Position numbers and translations under genes: made by a program | Shown: positions 9,156 to 18,700 of the stretch, piece after piece | Layout: each line of letters starts with the position of its first letter | How positions within the stretch are numbered: the first letter of the stretch is position 1 | Notes under the pieces: generated by a model | What the model was told of the DNA's origin: nothing | The model's input: the letters and a program-made list of their open reading frames with translations, nothing else | The model's database searches: none | Virus record (IMG/VR): IMGVR_UViG_3300050135_000024 | Coordinates: 1 to 62,271 of that record | Source: a virus | Lineage: Duplodnaviria > Caudoviricetes | Strand: one strand, 5' to 3' | Length of the DNA stretch: 62,271 bases

Positions 9156-9761
9156 ATGCAGGCCCCGATCACAGTCCTGACCGTCACGATCCGCGGCCGC
9201 GAGTCCCTACTGGCCGAGAACGTCGCCTCCGTCAACGCCCAAACCATCCCCGTCACAGCCCAGCTCGTCTGCTCGCACCCCGTCGGCGACGACGAGCCAA
9301 TGGTGCAGTACGCACACGCCAAGAACTTGCTCCTGCCTGCCGTCACGACGCCCTGGGTCGCGGTCCTCAACGATGACGACTCCTGGTTGCCGCACCACGT
9401 CGAGACGGTGCTCCCCCACCTCGACCACGCCGACGTCGTCTACTCCTGGGACGTGGACGGCCACAAGCCCCGCAAGAACTGCAACGACTGGACCATCGAG
9501 GCGCTGCGCGAGACGTTCGCCCGCACGAACTTCATCGACGGCAACTGCCTGATCCGCCTATCGCTGCTCGAGCAGGCTGGCGGCTTTCCGACCGACTGGG
9601 AGGGGCCGGGGCCATGGGAGGGCGGCCACTACGCGGGGTCGATCGCGCGGTGGGAGGATTGGCGCTTGTTCCAACGCCTGGTCGACCTCGGCGCGCGCTT
9701 CCGCTGCGTGCCCGTCGCCACCTGGACCTACGGCAAGACACCAGGGCAAATCTGTGGATGA
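9156..9761 (+). CDS. Glycosyltransferase, GT2
   Basis: TIRGR..LL, WVAVLNDDD...PHHVE, GGF and EDW; GGAGG RBS. Confidence 0.85.
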   Translation: MQAPITVLTVTIRGRESLLAENVASVNAQTIPVTAQLVCSHPVGDDEPMVQYAHAKNLLLPAVTTPWVAVLNDDDSWLPHHVETVLPHLDHADVVYSWDVDGHKPRKNCNDWTIEALRETFARTNFIDGNCLIRLSLLEQAGGFPTDWEGPGPWEGGHYAGSIARWEDWRLFQRLVDLGARFRCVPVATWTYGKTPGQICG

Positions 9762-10023
9762 CTTTGAGGCCGAGCTGATGCGGGAACTCCGCGCGGGGCG
9801 CGAGCTGCCGGAAGGAACGATGGCGGTCAAGATCCCCGTCGTCAGGACGACCGCCGGCGAGATACGCATCTCGAACCAACTACTGTATGACCGCTTCGCC
9901 TACCGCCCACCGCGTGCGCGGCTGGTGCGCGCCCGGTTCTGGCTGCGCGTGCGGGCGATCCGATCACGCGGGCGCATCGCCGAATGGATCGCTCCATGGC
10001 TGCGCGATGACGCGGACTACTGA
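9754..10023 (+). CDS. Hypothetical protein with a capsid-like segment
   Basis: Contains TTAGEIRISNQLLYD. Confidence 0.45.
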   Translation: MDDFEAELMRELRAGRELPEGTMAVKIPVVRTTAGEIRISNQLLYDRFAYRPPRARLVRARFWLRVRAIRSRGRIAEWIAPWLRDDADY

Positions 10024-10028
10024 GCCGC

Positions 10029-10637
10029 ATGGACAGCACGGCCATCCTCATTCCCGCGATGCGTCCGGCGAAGCTTGCCCCGCTGGTGGAGAACATCGAG
10101 CAGGCCACCCCCGAGCCGCACACGGTCTACTTGATCGCTACAGGAGAGGTCGCCGACTTCGCGCAACTCACGGGTGCCCAGGTGATCCGCGACGAGGGCG
10201 GCTCGTGGGCGAAGCGCATCAACCTCGGCTACCGCCAGACCAGCGAGCCGTACCTGTTCCTCGGAGCGGAGGACGTGCTGTTTCACCCTGGCTGGCTCTC
10301 GGCCGCACTCGCGGTCTGCGACGAGAACGTGGTGATCGTCAACGACCTGCACAACCCGCACGGGACGATGGCGCTCGTCGCCCGCGCCTACGCGGACCTC
10401 GGCACGATCGACGGGCCCGGCATTCTCCACGAGGGGTACCGGCACAGCTACGTCGATGGTGAGTTGTTCGGCACCGCCCGCTTGCGTGGCCGGCTCGTCG
10501 AGTGCCCCGAGTCCGTGGTCGAGCACCTACATCCCGCAGCCGGGAAGGGCGAGGACGACTGGGTCTATGAGATCGGCCGGGCAGCCTGGGACGACGACAC
10601 GGCGCTGTTCAACGAGCGGCTGCGGCTGTGGACGTGA
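10029..10637 (+). CDS. Glycosyltransferase, GT2
   Basis: ILIPA.RP, INLGY, FLGAEDV.F.PGW, Y.H.YVD.E and VVEHLHP. Confidence 0.85.
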   Translation: MDSTAILIPAMRPAKLAPLVENIEQATPEPHTVYLIATGEVADFAQLTGAQVIRDEGGSWAKRINLGYRQTSEPYLFLGAEDVLFHPGWLSAALAVCDENVVIVNDLHNPHGTMALVARAYADLGTIDGPGILHEGYRHSYVDGELFGTARLRGRLVECPESVVEHLHPAAGKGEDDWVYEIGRAAWDDDTALFNERLRLWT

Positions 10638-10642
10638 CGGTT

Positions 10643-10834
10643 CTATACCCGGAAGTCGGGATGCACGTCGCGGATGATGCAGTCCAACTGATCGGCGAGC
10701 ATCGAGAGGGCGCTCCACTTGATCTCGGCGGCCAGCGTCTCGGCTGATGAGCCGCTTTCCATGTCGCAGCGCTCGGCCGCTCGTTCGGCCGCCCGCTTGA
10801 CCGCTTCGAGCGCCTCCTGAGTCGCTGACTCCAC
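10643..10834 (-). CDS. Small helical hypothetical protein antisense to the operon
   Basis: ESATQEALEAVKRAAE...; fills an intergenic gap. Confidence 0.4.
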   Translation of the reverse strand: MESATQEALEAVKRAAERAAERCDMESGSSAETLAAEIKWSALSMLADQLDCIIRDVHPDFRV

Positions 10835-11458
10835 ATGCAAAGCGTACCCGTCTTTATCAACTGCCGTGATCGCGTCACTGACCTGCGCGCACTCGTGGAG
10901 TGGCTGGAGCGCGCGGGCCACGAGCGGATCACGCTCATCGACAACGCCTCCACCTGGCCGCCGCTGGTGGACTACCTGTCGCGCACGCCGCATGGCGTCA
11001 TCGAACTCGGCCGCAATCTCGGCTCCCGCGCCCTGTGGCACGCCGGCCTTGTCCCAGGCGAGCCCTACGTCCTCACTGACCCGGACATCGTCCCGACCGA
11101 CGACTGCCCGCTCGACTTGGTGGAGCACCTGCAGACACTGCTCGACCGCTACCCGCAGTTCTCAAAGGCCGGTCCCGGCCTGTTCCTCGACGATGTGGGA
11201 GACATCCCGTCACTCGCCCATGAGCGGGAGCTGGTCTCCGAGGCGCGAGAGCTTGAGCCCGGCGTGTTCGCCAGCCTGATCGACACCACCTTCGCGCTCT
11301 ACCGTGCCGGGACGGGGTTCGGCTACCAAGGGATCCGCACGGGCGCCCCATTCCAGGCCAGGCATCTTGGTTGGTATCAGCGTGAGCCCGACGCAGAGAC
11401 CCGCTTCTATCTCGACCACGCGATGCGAGGACCGGAGGGCACTACCTCCTGGGGCTAG
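10835..11458 (+). CDS. Glycosyltransferase, GT2
   Basis: FINCRDR, IDNASTWPPL, YVLTDPD, IDTTFALYR and ARHLGWY. Confidence 0.85.
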   Translation: MQSVPVFINCRDRVTDLRALVEWLERAGHERITLIDNASTWPPLVDYLSRTPHGVIELGRNLGSRALWHAGLVPGEPYVLTDPDIVPTDDCPLDLVEHLQTLLDRYPQFSKAGPGLFLDDVGDIPSLAHERELVSEARELEPGVFASLIDTTFALYRAGTGFGYQGIRTGAPFQARHLGWYQREPDAETRFYLDHAMRGPEGTTSWG

Positions 11459-11471
11459 CGGGCCTACCGGG

Positions 11472-11807
11472 TCAAGCCGGAAGGCGAACCTCGACGCAGA
11501 GTCGACCGCCTCGTAGCTCGGGCAGCGCTCTGGCGAGGGTGTCAAGAGCAGCGCGCGCAACGATCGTGGTGTCCCGCCAGTCGAGATCGGGTGGAAAGGC
11601 CTCGGCGCAGAATCGGAGATGGACCGTGGTCTGCGAATCAAGATAGGGCAGATCGCGCTCCTTTAGATCCACGAGAATCGGCGTGGCGGCGTGCAGGACG
11701 AATAGCCCCGGTGGGATGAGGTCACCCCCGAGCTTCGAGGGGTTGAGGGCACACCATCGCGCGACATCGGGGCCGCTGACCATCGCCTTAACCTCCGCAA
11801 AGCTCAT
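11472..11807 (-). CDS. Hypothetical protein antisense to the operon
   Basis: Protein-like ORF in a gap, flanked by 7-bp CTACCGG repeats. Confidence 0.5.
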   Translation of the reverse strand: MSFAEVKAMVSGPDVARWCALNPSKLGGDLIPPGLFVLHAATPILVDLKERDLPYLDSQTTVHLRFCAEAFPPDLDWRDTTIVARAALDTLARALPELRGGRLCVEVRLPA

Positions 11808-11834
11808 CGCGGCCAAGACTACCGGAGGTGCGCC

Positions 11835-12818
11835 ATCGCGTTCTCACGCCGCACGATCACGCATAGGTTCGCCAGCCCGTCGGGTGCCGCGCTCGCGGGC
11901 GCCGCTGAGTTCACTTTGTCCGAACGCATGTCCCAGCCTGGCACAAGCATCTTGCCCGAAGCCGTCACGGCCACCTTCAACAGCGCGGGCGAAATGTCGG
12001 TCGAACTGCCCTCGAACAAGGACGCCGAAACGACGCCCGGCAACACGCAATACCGGCTCGACCTGCGCGTCGTCGGCCAAGACCCCCAGACGTTCTGGAT
12101 CACCGTCCCGACCGGCCCCGGCACGACAGACCTGTACTCGCTGCTGCCCCTCTCAGACCCCGGGAACGCCTACACCTACGACACGAACCCGCAATGGGCG
12201 ACATTCGTTGATGTGGAGGCGGATGTAAAGCCCTGGCTCCAGTTTGGTGATGTCCCCGAAGCCGGCGAAGAGGCCAAGCTCAAGATGGTCACCGACTCGG
12301 TGTGCTGGGACCTCCAGAGCTACCTCGGCCGTCCCCTCGGCCCGTCGCTGTTCGCCCGCCGTTTCTCGCAGTGGAGTGGCAACACGCTGATGCTGCCCTA
12401 CTACCCGGTCGTCGGATCACCGATACGGGTCGCTGAGTTCTGGGGCGTCAACGGTGAACACTTGCTCGAAGAACAGACCCCCGAGCATCAAGGCTCGAAC
12501 GAAATGTACACAGTAGATCCGCTGCGCGGCTACATCGTGCGCTCATTCCAGGGCCTCGTGCCGCGGCCGTTCTTCCCCGGGCTGCGCAACATCGAGGTGG
12601 TGTGGACCGCTGGGTATGACCCTCTCCCCCCGCCGGTCCGTGATGCCGCGTTGAAACAGATCGCCCATGAGTGGCGCAAGGAGCAGCAGGCCTCGCGAGG
12701 CGGCGGCGCTCCAATGATGCAGGGCGAGCATGGGGATATCGAACCCGGCCTCTTGCCCGACATGCTGCCCGAAGTGAAACGCAAGCTCGGACCGTTCGTC
12801 CAGGTAGGGATGGGCTAG
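11835..12818 (+). CDS. Head-tail adaptor/connector with extra N-terminal beta domain (probable ATC start)
   Basis: C-half has YLGR.L, LPYYPV, NIEVVWTAGY..LPPPVRDAAL typical of connectors; GGAGGTG precedes the in-frame ATC. Confidence 0.7.
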   Translation: MAFSRRTITHRFASPSGAALAGAAEFTLSERMSQPGTSILPEAVTATFNSAGEMSVELPSNKDAETTPGNTQYRLDLRVVGQDPQTFWITVPTGPGTTDLYSLLPLSDPGNAYTYDTNPQWATFVDVEADVKPWLQFGDVPEAGEEAKLKMVTDSVCWDLQSYLGRPLGPSLFARRFSQWSGNTLMLPYYPVVGSPIRVAEFWGVNGEHLLEEQTPEHQGSNEMYTVDPLRGYIVRSFQGLVPRPFFPGLRNIEVVWTAGYDPLPPPVRDAALKQIAHEWRKEQQASRGGGAPMMQGEHGDIEPGLLPDMLPEVKRKLGPFVQVGMG

Positions 12819-12822
12819 CGCG

Positions 12823-13344
12823 ATGAGCGAACCGACCTTCATCTCCTCCGTCCCCGGCATCTACGAAGGGCTGCTCAAGCTCATCCGCGAAGCCGCGGCC
12901 GAACAGTCACAGCCGGTCAGCGTGTTCCCGGCGGCGCTCGCCCAGTTCGAGCCCGCGCGTTACATCATCGTCGGCCCGATCAAGGGACCGCGCTATGACT
13001 GGCACGCCCACCCGATACAGCTCGAAGAGGACTACGAGATCCAGGGCAAAGCGACCGTGTTCTCCGGGGAAAGCGCAGCCACGAACCAGACCCTCGCGGC
13101 GGAAGTGCTCACACAGACCTTCGAAGTGCTCGAAAAGTGTGTGATGGGACCGGCGATCGCGAACCGGGACGCGCCGACGTTCGGCACGAGCGGCCCCAAC
13201 GCCCAAGTCATGTTTCCGATCCAGGCCGACTACGAAGCCGGACTCGACATCATGGCCGGCCAGCCGAGCGGTTGGGGCGGCGTTATCGACTGGGCGTTGA
13301 CGTTCAAGGCGATCATCAACCCGGCCCCATATCTCCCGACGTAG
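12823..13344 (+). CDS. Tail terminator-like protein
   Basis: Size and synteny ahead of the tail tube gene. Confidence 0.5.
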   Translation: MSEPTFISSVPGIYEGLLKLIREAAAEQSQPVSVFPAALAQFEPARYIIVGPIKGPRYDWHAHPIQLEEDYEIQGKATVFSGESAATNQTLAAEVLTQTFEVLEKCVMGPAIANRDAPTFGTSGPNAQVMFPIQADYEAGLDIMAGQPSGWGGVIDWALTFKAIINPAPYLPT

Positions 13345-13352
13345 GAGGATTT

Positions 13353-13592
13353 ATGCCTCGCCTGTACAGCCTTGACCCCTTCCCGGTGGTCCCGAACATC
13401 CACGCCCCAGCCGTGCTCCCCGGCGATGGCTATGACTTCACCGACGAGCAGGTCGCGGCCGGCATCACTGGCCAGTGGTCAGAGAACGATCCGCGCGGCC
13501 CCGCGCCGCAGGTGAAAGTGGAGACAACCGCGCCCGCGACGCCGACGGCACCGGGGCCGACAACCGAGCCGGCACCGCCGGAGAAGGAGTAA
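13353..13592 (+). CDS. Small virion-associated hypothetical protein
   Basis: AGGAGG RBS; Pro/Thr-rich tail ending in the RBS of the tail tube gene. Confidence 0.6.
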   Translation: MPRLYSLDPFPVVPNIHAPAVLPGDGYDFTDEQVAAGITGQWSENDPRGPAPQVKVETTAPATPTAPGPTTEPAPPEKE

Positions 13593-13599
13593 GCCAGCA

Positions 13600-14682
13600 A
13601 TGCCTACCTACACGGCTGGGTCGGGCCTCGGGGTATACGGGGCCTTGTCCCGCAAGAAAGAATACACCGGCGCGTTCGTCACCCCAACACGAACCCTGTA
13701 TCTGAAGACGTTCAAACCGACGTGGGACCCCCACTTCGTGCAGGGCGGTCCCTATCTCGGCTACGGCCGCATCGCGGACATAGGCTCGGCGCACGTCAAG
13801 GTCGGCACGGACGCGAAAGCGACGCTTACCGGCGACGTGATGACCTCCGCACAGGCGCTGCTGCTCGCGTCGGCGTTCGGATGTAACCCCACGCTGAAAC
13901 AGATCGGCACGACATCCGCATACGAACTCTTCCACACGCCGCCCGGTGGTGCCGCAGAAGCCGGGCTCGTGCTCGAAGCCCCCGAGAGTCACGACGCAGA
14001 AAAACTCTCCTCATTCCTCGACATGCAGATCGGCGTGCCGTACACCAACGCCGAACTCAACCCCCAGAACTACAAGTCCGGGGTGGTCATGAAGGCCGAG
14101 TTTGTCTTCGACCGCATGGGGCTCGTCAGCTACAGCTACGACATCGACTTTCGTGCTGTCGAACCGTCGGGCGGGACGCTGATCGTGCCCTCCGCGACAG
14201 TCGCCGGCGTCCCGTTCGCGATGAACGAAGGCAGCTCGGCGTTCAAGATCGGCGCCCCGGGCAGCGCAGTGGCACTCCAGGGTGTTCGGAAGATGACGGT
14301 GACCCTGGAGCACAAGCTGGCGACCGACCGCTGGTATCTCGGAGAAGCCGAAAAGTCGCTGCCCGTGTCGAACGGGCTGGTCGACATCGGCGTGTCCGTC
14401 GAAGCCGACTACACCGAATCAGCGAAGAACGTGTTCGAAGGCTTCCTGAAAAACGAACCGAAGGAAATCATCGCCGAAGCGTTCGGTGCGGAAATCGGCT
14501 CGTCCGGCAAGAAAAACACGTTCACGTTCAAGATGCCGAACGTGTTCATCAACAGCGGCGCCGAGCCCCCGATCGACGGGCCGGATATTATCCGCAACAC
14601 GATGGCAGCGAAAGCCACCATCAACGCGACGAACGAACCTGTCGTGTCCGCGACTTTGGTTACAGCTGATAGCACGTTTTGA
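13600..14682 (+). CDS. Major tail (tube) protein
   Basis: 360-aa beta-rich protein; E..Y.....PTR N-terminus, GPDII near the C-terminus; synteny. Confidence 0.8.
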   Translation: MPTYTAGSGLGVYGALSRKKEYTGAFVTPTRTLYLKTFKPTWDPHFVQGGPYLGYGRIADIGSAHVKVGTDAKATLTGDVMTSAQALLLASAFGCNPTLKQIGTTSAYELFHTPPGGAAEAGLVLEAPESHDAEKLSSFLDMQIGVPYTNAELNPQNYKSGVVMKAEFVFDRMGLVSYSYDIDFRAVEPSGGTLIVPSATVAGVPFAMNEGSSAFKIGAPGSAVALQGVRKMTVTLEHKLATDRWYLGEAEKSLPVSNGLVDIGVSVEADYTESAKNVFEGFLKNEPKEIIAEAFGAEIGSSGKKNTFTFKMPNVFINSGAEPPIDGPDIIRNTMAAKATINATNEPVVSATLVTADSTF

Positions 14683-14824
14683 GCGGACCCGTCTGCTCGC
14701 CGGCGCCAGCGCGTCGGATTCTAGGACTTGGCGCCTTCGGGCGCTGAGCGCGGCGGCAGCTATGCCCTGACGCCGCGTCAACTGCACACGTCCGCCCGGC
14801 ATAGGGGCGGAGGGAGAAAACACG

Positions 14825-15202
14825 ATGGCTGATTTCAAGCTCACGGTCGGCGAGGACGAGTATGTGTTCTCGCCGGAGATGCTCACGCAGTCCCGGCTCT
14901 CCAAGGTCAAGGAATGGTATCCGCAACGCGGGCCCTTTGAGCCGCCGATCTACCGATACAACGACTTCATCACAGCGTTCTTCGATGGCGACCCGGATGC
15001 GGCGAAGTGCGCCGTGTGGATTGCCAGGAAGGCGGCGGGCGAGCCGAACCCGCCGGAGCCGCAGCAGATGGGGGACTTCTCGCTGGCACAGTGGATCAAA
15101 CCCGGCCAGACAGCCAAGGCCGAGGAGGAGGCAGAGGCAGAGGTAAACCCTACTACCGACCCGCCCCCGACCGCAGATACAACGGAGACCCCGACGAGCT
15201 AA
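14825..15202 (+). CDS. Tail assembly chaperone (G)
   Basis: Acidic tail ending EVNPT; lies between tail tube and TMP; contains a slippery site. Confidence 0.75.
   Translation: MADFKLTVGEDEYVFSPEMLTQSRLSKVKEWYPQRGPFEPPIYRYNDFITAFFDGDPDAAKCAVWIARKAAGEPNPPEPQQMGDFSLAQWIKPGQTAKAEEEAEAEVNPTTDPPPTADTTETPTS
15145..15151 (+). other. -1 programmed frameshift site (A AAC CCT) giving a G-T chaperone ending at 15342
   Basis: XXXYYYZ heptamer in the correct phase; the -1 frame is open to 15342 (VFKWSPQEIGDLW). Confidence 0.65.
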
Positions 15203-15342
15203 GGGGACGGCACCTCTGGGACGTCGCCTACGTCTTCAAGTGGAGCCCGCAAGAAATAGGGGACCTCTGGTGGATCGATTTCGTGACGAGCATCTTGTTC
15301 GCTGAGAGTCTGATGAAGGCCGAGGCGCAGAAGGGACTGTAA

Positions 15343-15783
15343 ATGATCGTTGAGTTCGACACCAAGCAGTTCTCTGCTCTCGTCCGCGGCATCCGTGCAT
15401 CGGGACCTGCGGGTAAAGCTGCGGTGCGCACAACGATGCGCGAGAGTGCGGAGATCGTCAAGGCGGAGGCTGCGCAGCGGGCATCGTTCTCGTCGCGCAT
15501 CCCCGGCTCGTTGACAGCTCGGGCAACGGCGACGAACTTCAAGGTGTCTGCCGGCGGCGAAGCGGCGCCCAATGCTGCCCCGATCGAGAACAAAGGCCGC
15601 GGGCACGTCCGTCACCCTACGTTCTCGCCGCGGCCCGGCGTCCCAGAAAGGGTCGGCTGGACAAGCCAAAACAGCCCTCCGGCGTTCCTCTCGCCGGCGC
15701 TTGAGGCGAAGGAGGAGGAAATCGCCGAGCTGATCGCCGACCGGCTCGTGAAGGCGATAGCCGACGCGATCGGGGCACGCTGA
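15343..15783 (+). CDS. HK97 gp10-like neck/tail-completion protein
   Basis: AAPIE.G, PAFLSPALE; basic helical N-terminus. Confidence 0.65.
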   Translation: MIVEFDTKQFSALVRGIRASGPAGKAAVRTTMRESAEIVKAEAAQRASFSSRIPGSLTARATATNFKVSAGGEAAPNAAPIENKGRGHVRHPTFSPRPGVPERVGWTSQNSPPAFLSPALEAKEEEIAELIADRLVKAIADAIGAR

Positions 15784-18700
15784 TGCCAGTACGTACGATC
15801 ACGATCGTCGGGCTCGGCGACTTCAAGCAGCAGCAGGACGAACTCGTGCGGACCGGGGTCATCGCTGACAAGTCGGCTACCACGATGGCCGACTCGTCGA
15901 AACGGGCTGGCGCGGCAGCAGCAGAGCAGGCAAAGCTAGCCGGAGACTCGGCGGACAAGCAGATCGCGGCTGCGGCTCGCGCTGCTGCGGCGTACGAGAA
16001 GTCCCAGGAGACGATGAGCCGGGCGGCGAAGGCGGCCTCCCGCGCTGCTGTCGAGGCAGGCAAGGCGGCTGGTCTGAGTGCCGATCAGCAGGTCGCGGCC
16101 TCGAAGCGCACCGCAGCCGCGATGGACGCGCACTCCAAAGTCTCAAAAGTAGGAGGGGCCGTAGCGCTCGGCCTCGCTGGAGCGGCCGTGGAGGCAGTGA
16201 AACTCGGCATGGCCTACCAGACGGCGCAGGCGTCGATCCAGGGCGCGACGGGCCAGTCGGTGAAGTCGACCGAACAGCTCACGGGTGCCTTCAACACTCT
16301 GGGCACCGGGTCCCAGGCGGCGGTCGGCTCAGGCATGCAGATGGAGAGCGCCTACGCCGGGGTTGCCGGCCAGTTGAAGCTGACAGAGGGCCACGCGCTC
16401 TCCACCGCAGAAGCGACGAAGTTCAGCGCAGCGGCGAACAATCTGGCGGAGAGCGGCGCGGCCAGTCTCTCAGAAGCGTACAGCGCGACGGCGAAGGTGA
16501 TGCAGACCTTCCATCTCTCCGCAGACCAGGCGGCGGGAGTCACCGACACGCTGTACAGCACCTCGAAGGCCGTCAACGTACCCGTCGAACAGATCGCCTC
16601 GGCGATGGGCAAACTTCACGCCGGGCTGGGTGCCGTCGCACCGTCGATGCGGGACGTGTCAGGGCTGATGGTTGCGCTCGGCGGGCGTGGGCTGACGGGC
16701 GGCAAGGGGATTCAGGTTGTGAGCAGCGCGTTCCAGACGCTGCTCGGCAGCTCAAAGCCGGTCCATAGCGTCCTGAAAGACCTCGGCGTCACGCTCACCG
16801 ACTCAAGCGGCAAGTTCATCGGGATGGAAAAGGCGATCGGCCTGCTTCAGCCGAAGCTCGCGGCGCTCCCTGAAAGCGAGCGCCGGTACGCGGAGCAGAC
16901 GCTGCTAGGCAAGGGTGCCACGGAAAAGCTTGGGCAGGTGATACTCGCCGGTGTCCCGGCGTTCGAGGCGGCGACCGCGGCAGCGAACAAGCATGCGGCG
17001 GCCCAGAAAGCCGCGGAAGCGCAGGCCAAGACATTCAAGGATGAGATGGAGGCTATGAAGCACACCGTCGAGACGCTCGGCGGTGACCTCGGGCTGATCC
17101 TGATCCCGCCCCTGCAGAAGGTCGCGACAGTCCTCCTTGAAGGCATCAGCGTGCTCGAGAAGCACAAGGATGCGTGCATCGCGCTCGGCGCGGTCATCAC
17201 CGGCGTGCTCGGCACGGCAGTCGCGGTGTTCGCCTACGACAAGGCAGTGGCGTTCGGCAAGGGCGTGACGCGAATGACGGAAGGGCTGAAAAGCCTCGTC
17301 ACGAGCTCGAGTGAGACTGCGGGGGCAGTCGAGGCCGACCAGGCGGCGCAGGCCGCGGCGGTCGAAGCGAACGCGGCGAAGATGCAGGAGGCGAACGCTA
17401 CAACTGGCGGGAGCTTCACGGCCGTTGGCACGGACGCAGCGGCCGGCGAGACAGCCGTTGCCGGTGCCGTCGGCACGGAGGCTGGCGCCGTCACCACGGC
17501 GGATGGTGTCATCGAGGCCGACAACGTAGCTGCGGGTGCATCCTTTACTGCCCTGCTCGGGCCGATCGGCCTGGCGGCCGCCGCCGCTTACGGGGCCGTG
17601 AAGCTGATGGAGAAAGTCACAGGCGGACACGTCGACGAACTGCTCGGCGGCAATCAGCCTGGGGAATCGACCAAGGAAGGCAACGAAGGCGCAGTCAAGG
17701 GCCAGCCCTTCTCGCTGAAGTCGGGTGCGAACACTACCGCTACGAGCTTCGCTCAATCTGCGCTCGGCGCACTTGGAGCCCCGACGACGGGAAGCTCTCT
17801 CAAGGCATTTGAAGCATGGGAGGCGCAGGAGGGCGGCAACTGGCACAACTCCGCCAAGTACAACCCGCTTAACACGACACTGAACATGCCCGGTGCCGGC
17901 AACACCGGCTCGCAGGGCAACATCAAGGTCTACAAGGACTGGCAGCAGGGACTCGAAGCGACAGTAAAAACCCTGCAAGGCAGCTCATACAAGACCATCG
18001 TCGCCGACCTGAAGAAGGGTGCCAGCGTCTCAGAAATCGAGTCGGCGATCAACGCCAGCCCGTGGGGCACTCACTTCTCCAACACCGCCGGAGCCAGTCA
18101 GTCTGCGACGGGCGGCACGCACCTGTCAAAGTCCCAGATCAAGCAGGCCAGCGGCGGTGATCCCGCGCTTCAGCAGGCGATGGAAGAACAGGCCGGGCTG
18201 ATACCCAAAAAGAAAGCGCCCGAAGCGGAGAAAGAATACCTCGGCGCCAACAATCAGATCGTTGACGAAACGGCCGCGCAGCACGCACATAAGGCGCTGC
18301 TCGAAAAGAAAGCCAAGGCTGAAGGCAAGGAAACGACTGCGGCGATGGGCATCCCCGCAGGCGTCGTGACGATGCTGAAGACAGCGGAAGCGCTGATCGG
18401 GGCACCGTACAAGTCCGGCGGCGGGCATGGCTCATCTGCCGACGATCCGATCGCGATGCTGAAGCAGATCGGCATTGACTGCTCGGGGTTCGTCTCCAAG
18501 GTGCTCTCCTCGGGGGGCGTGCCGGGCGTGTCCGGTCTGACGACGCAGGGACTGTCGAAGAATCTCGCCAAGGGACCGGGCAAGTATGTGACGGTTGAGG
18601 ACCGCCCTGAAGGTTCGCAGGCGCACACGATCATCGACGTTCTCGGCAAATGGTTCGAGTCCGGCGGCAAGCTTGGCGGTGGTGTCAAGGCGTTGACCAA

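Noticed and set aside
14683-14820. Structured RNA between the tail tube and chaperone genes
   Set aside because: Only short GC stems (ggcgcc-ttcg-ggcgct, ctatgcc/ggcatag); compatible with an ordinary attenuator or with chance.
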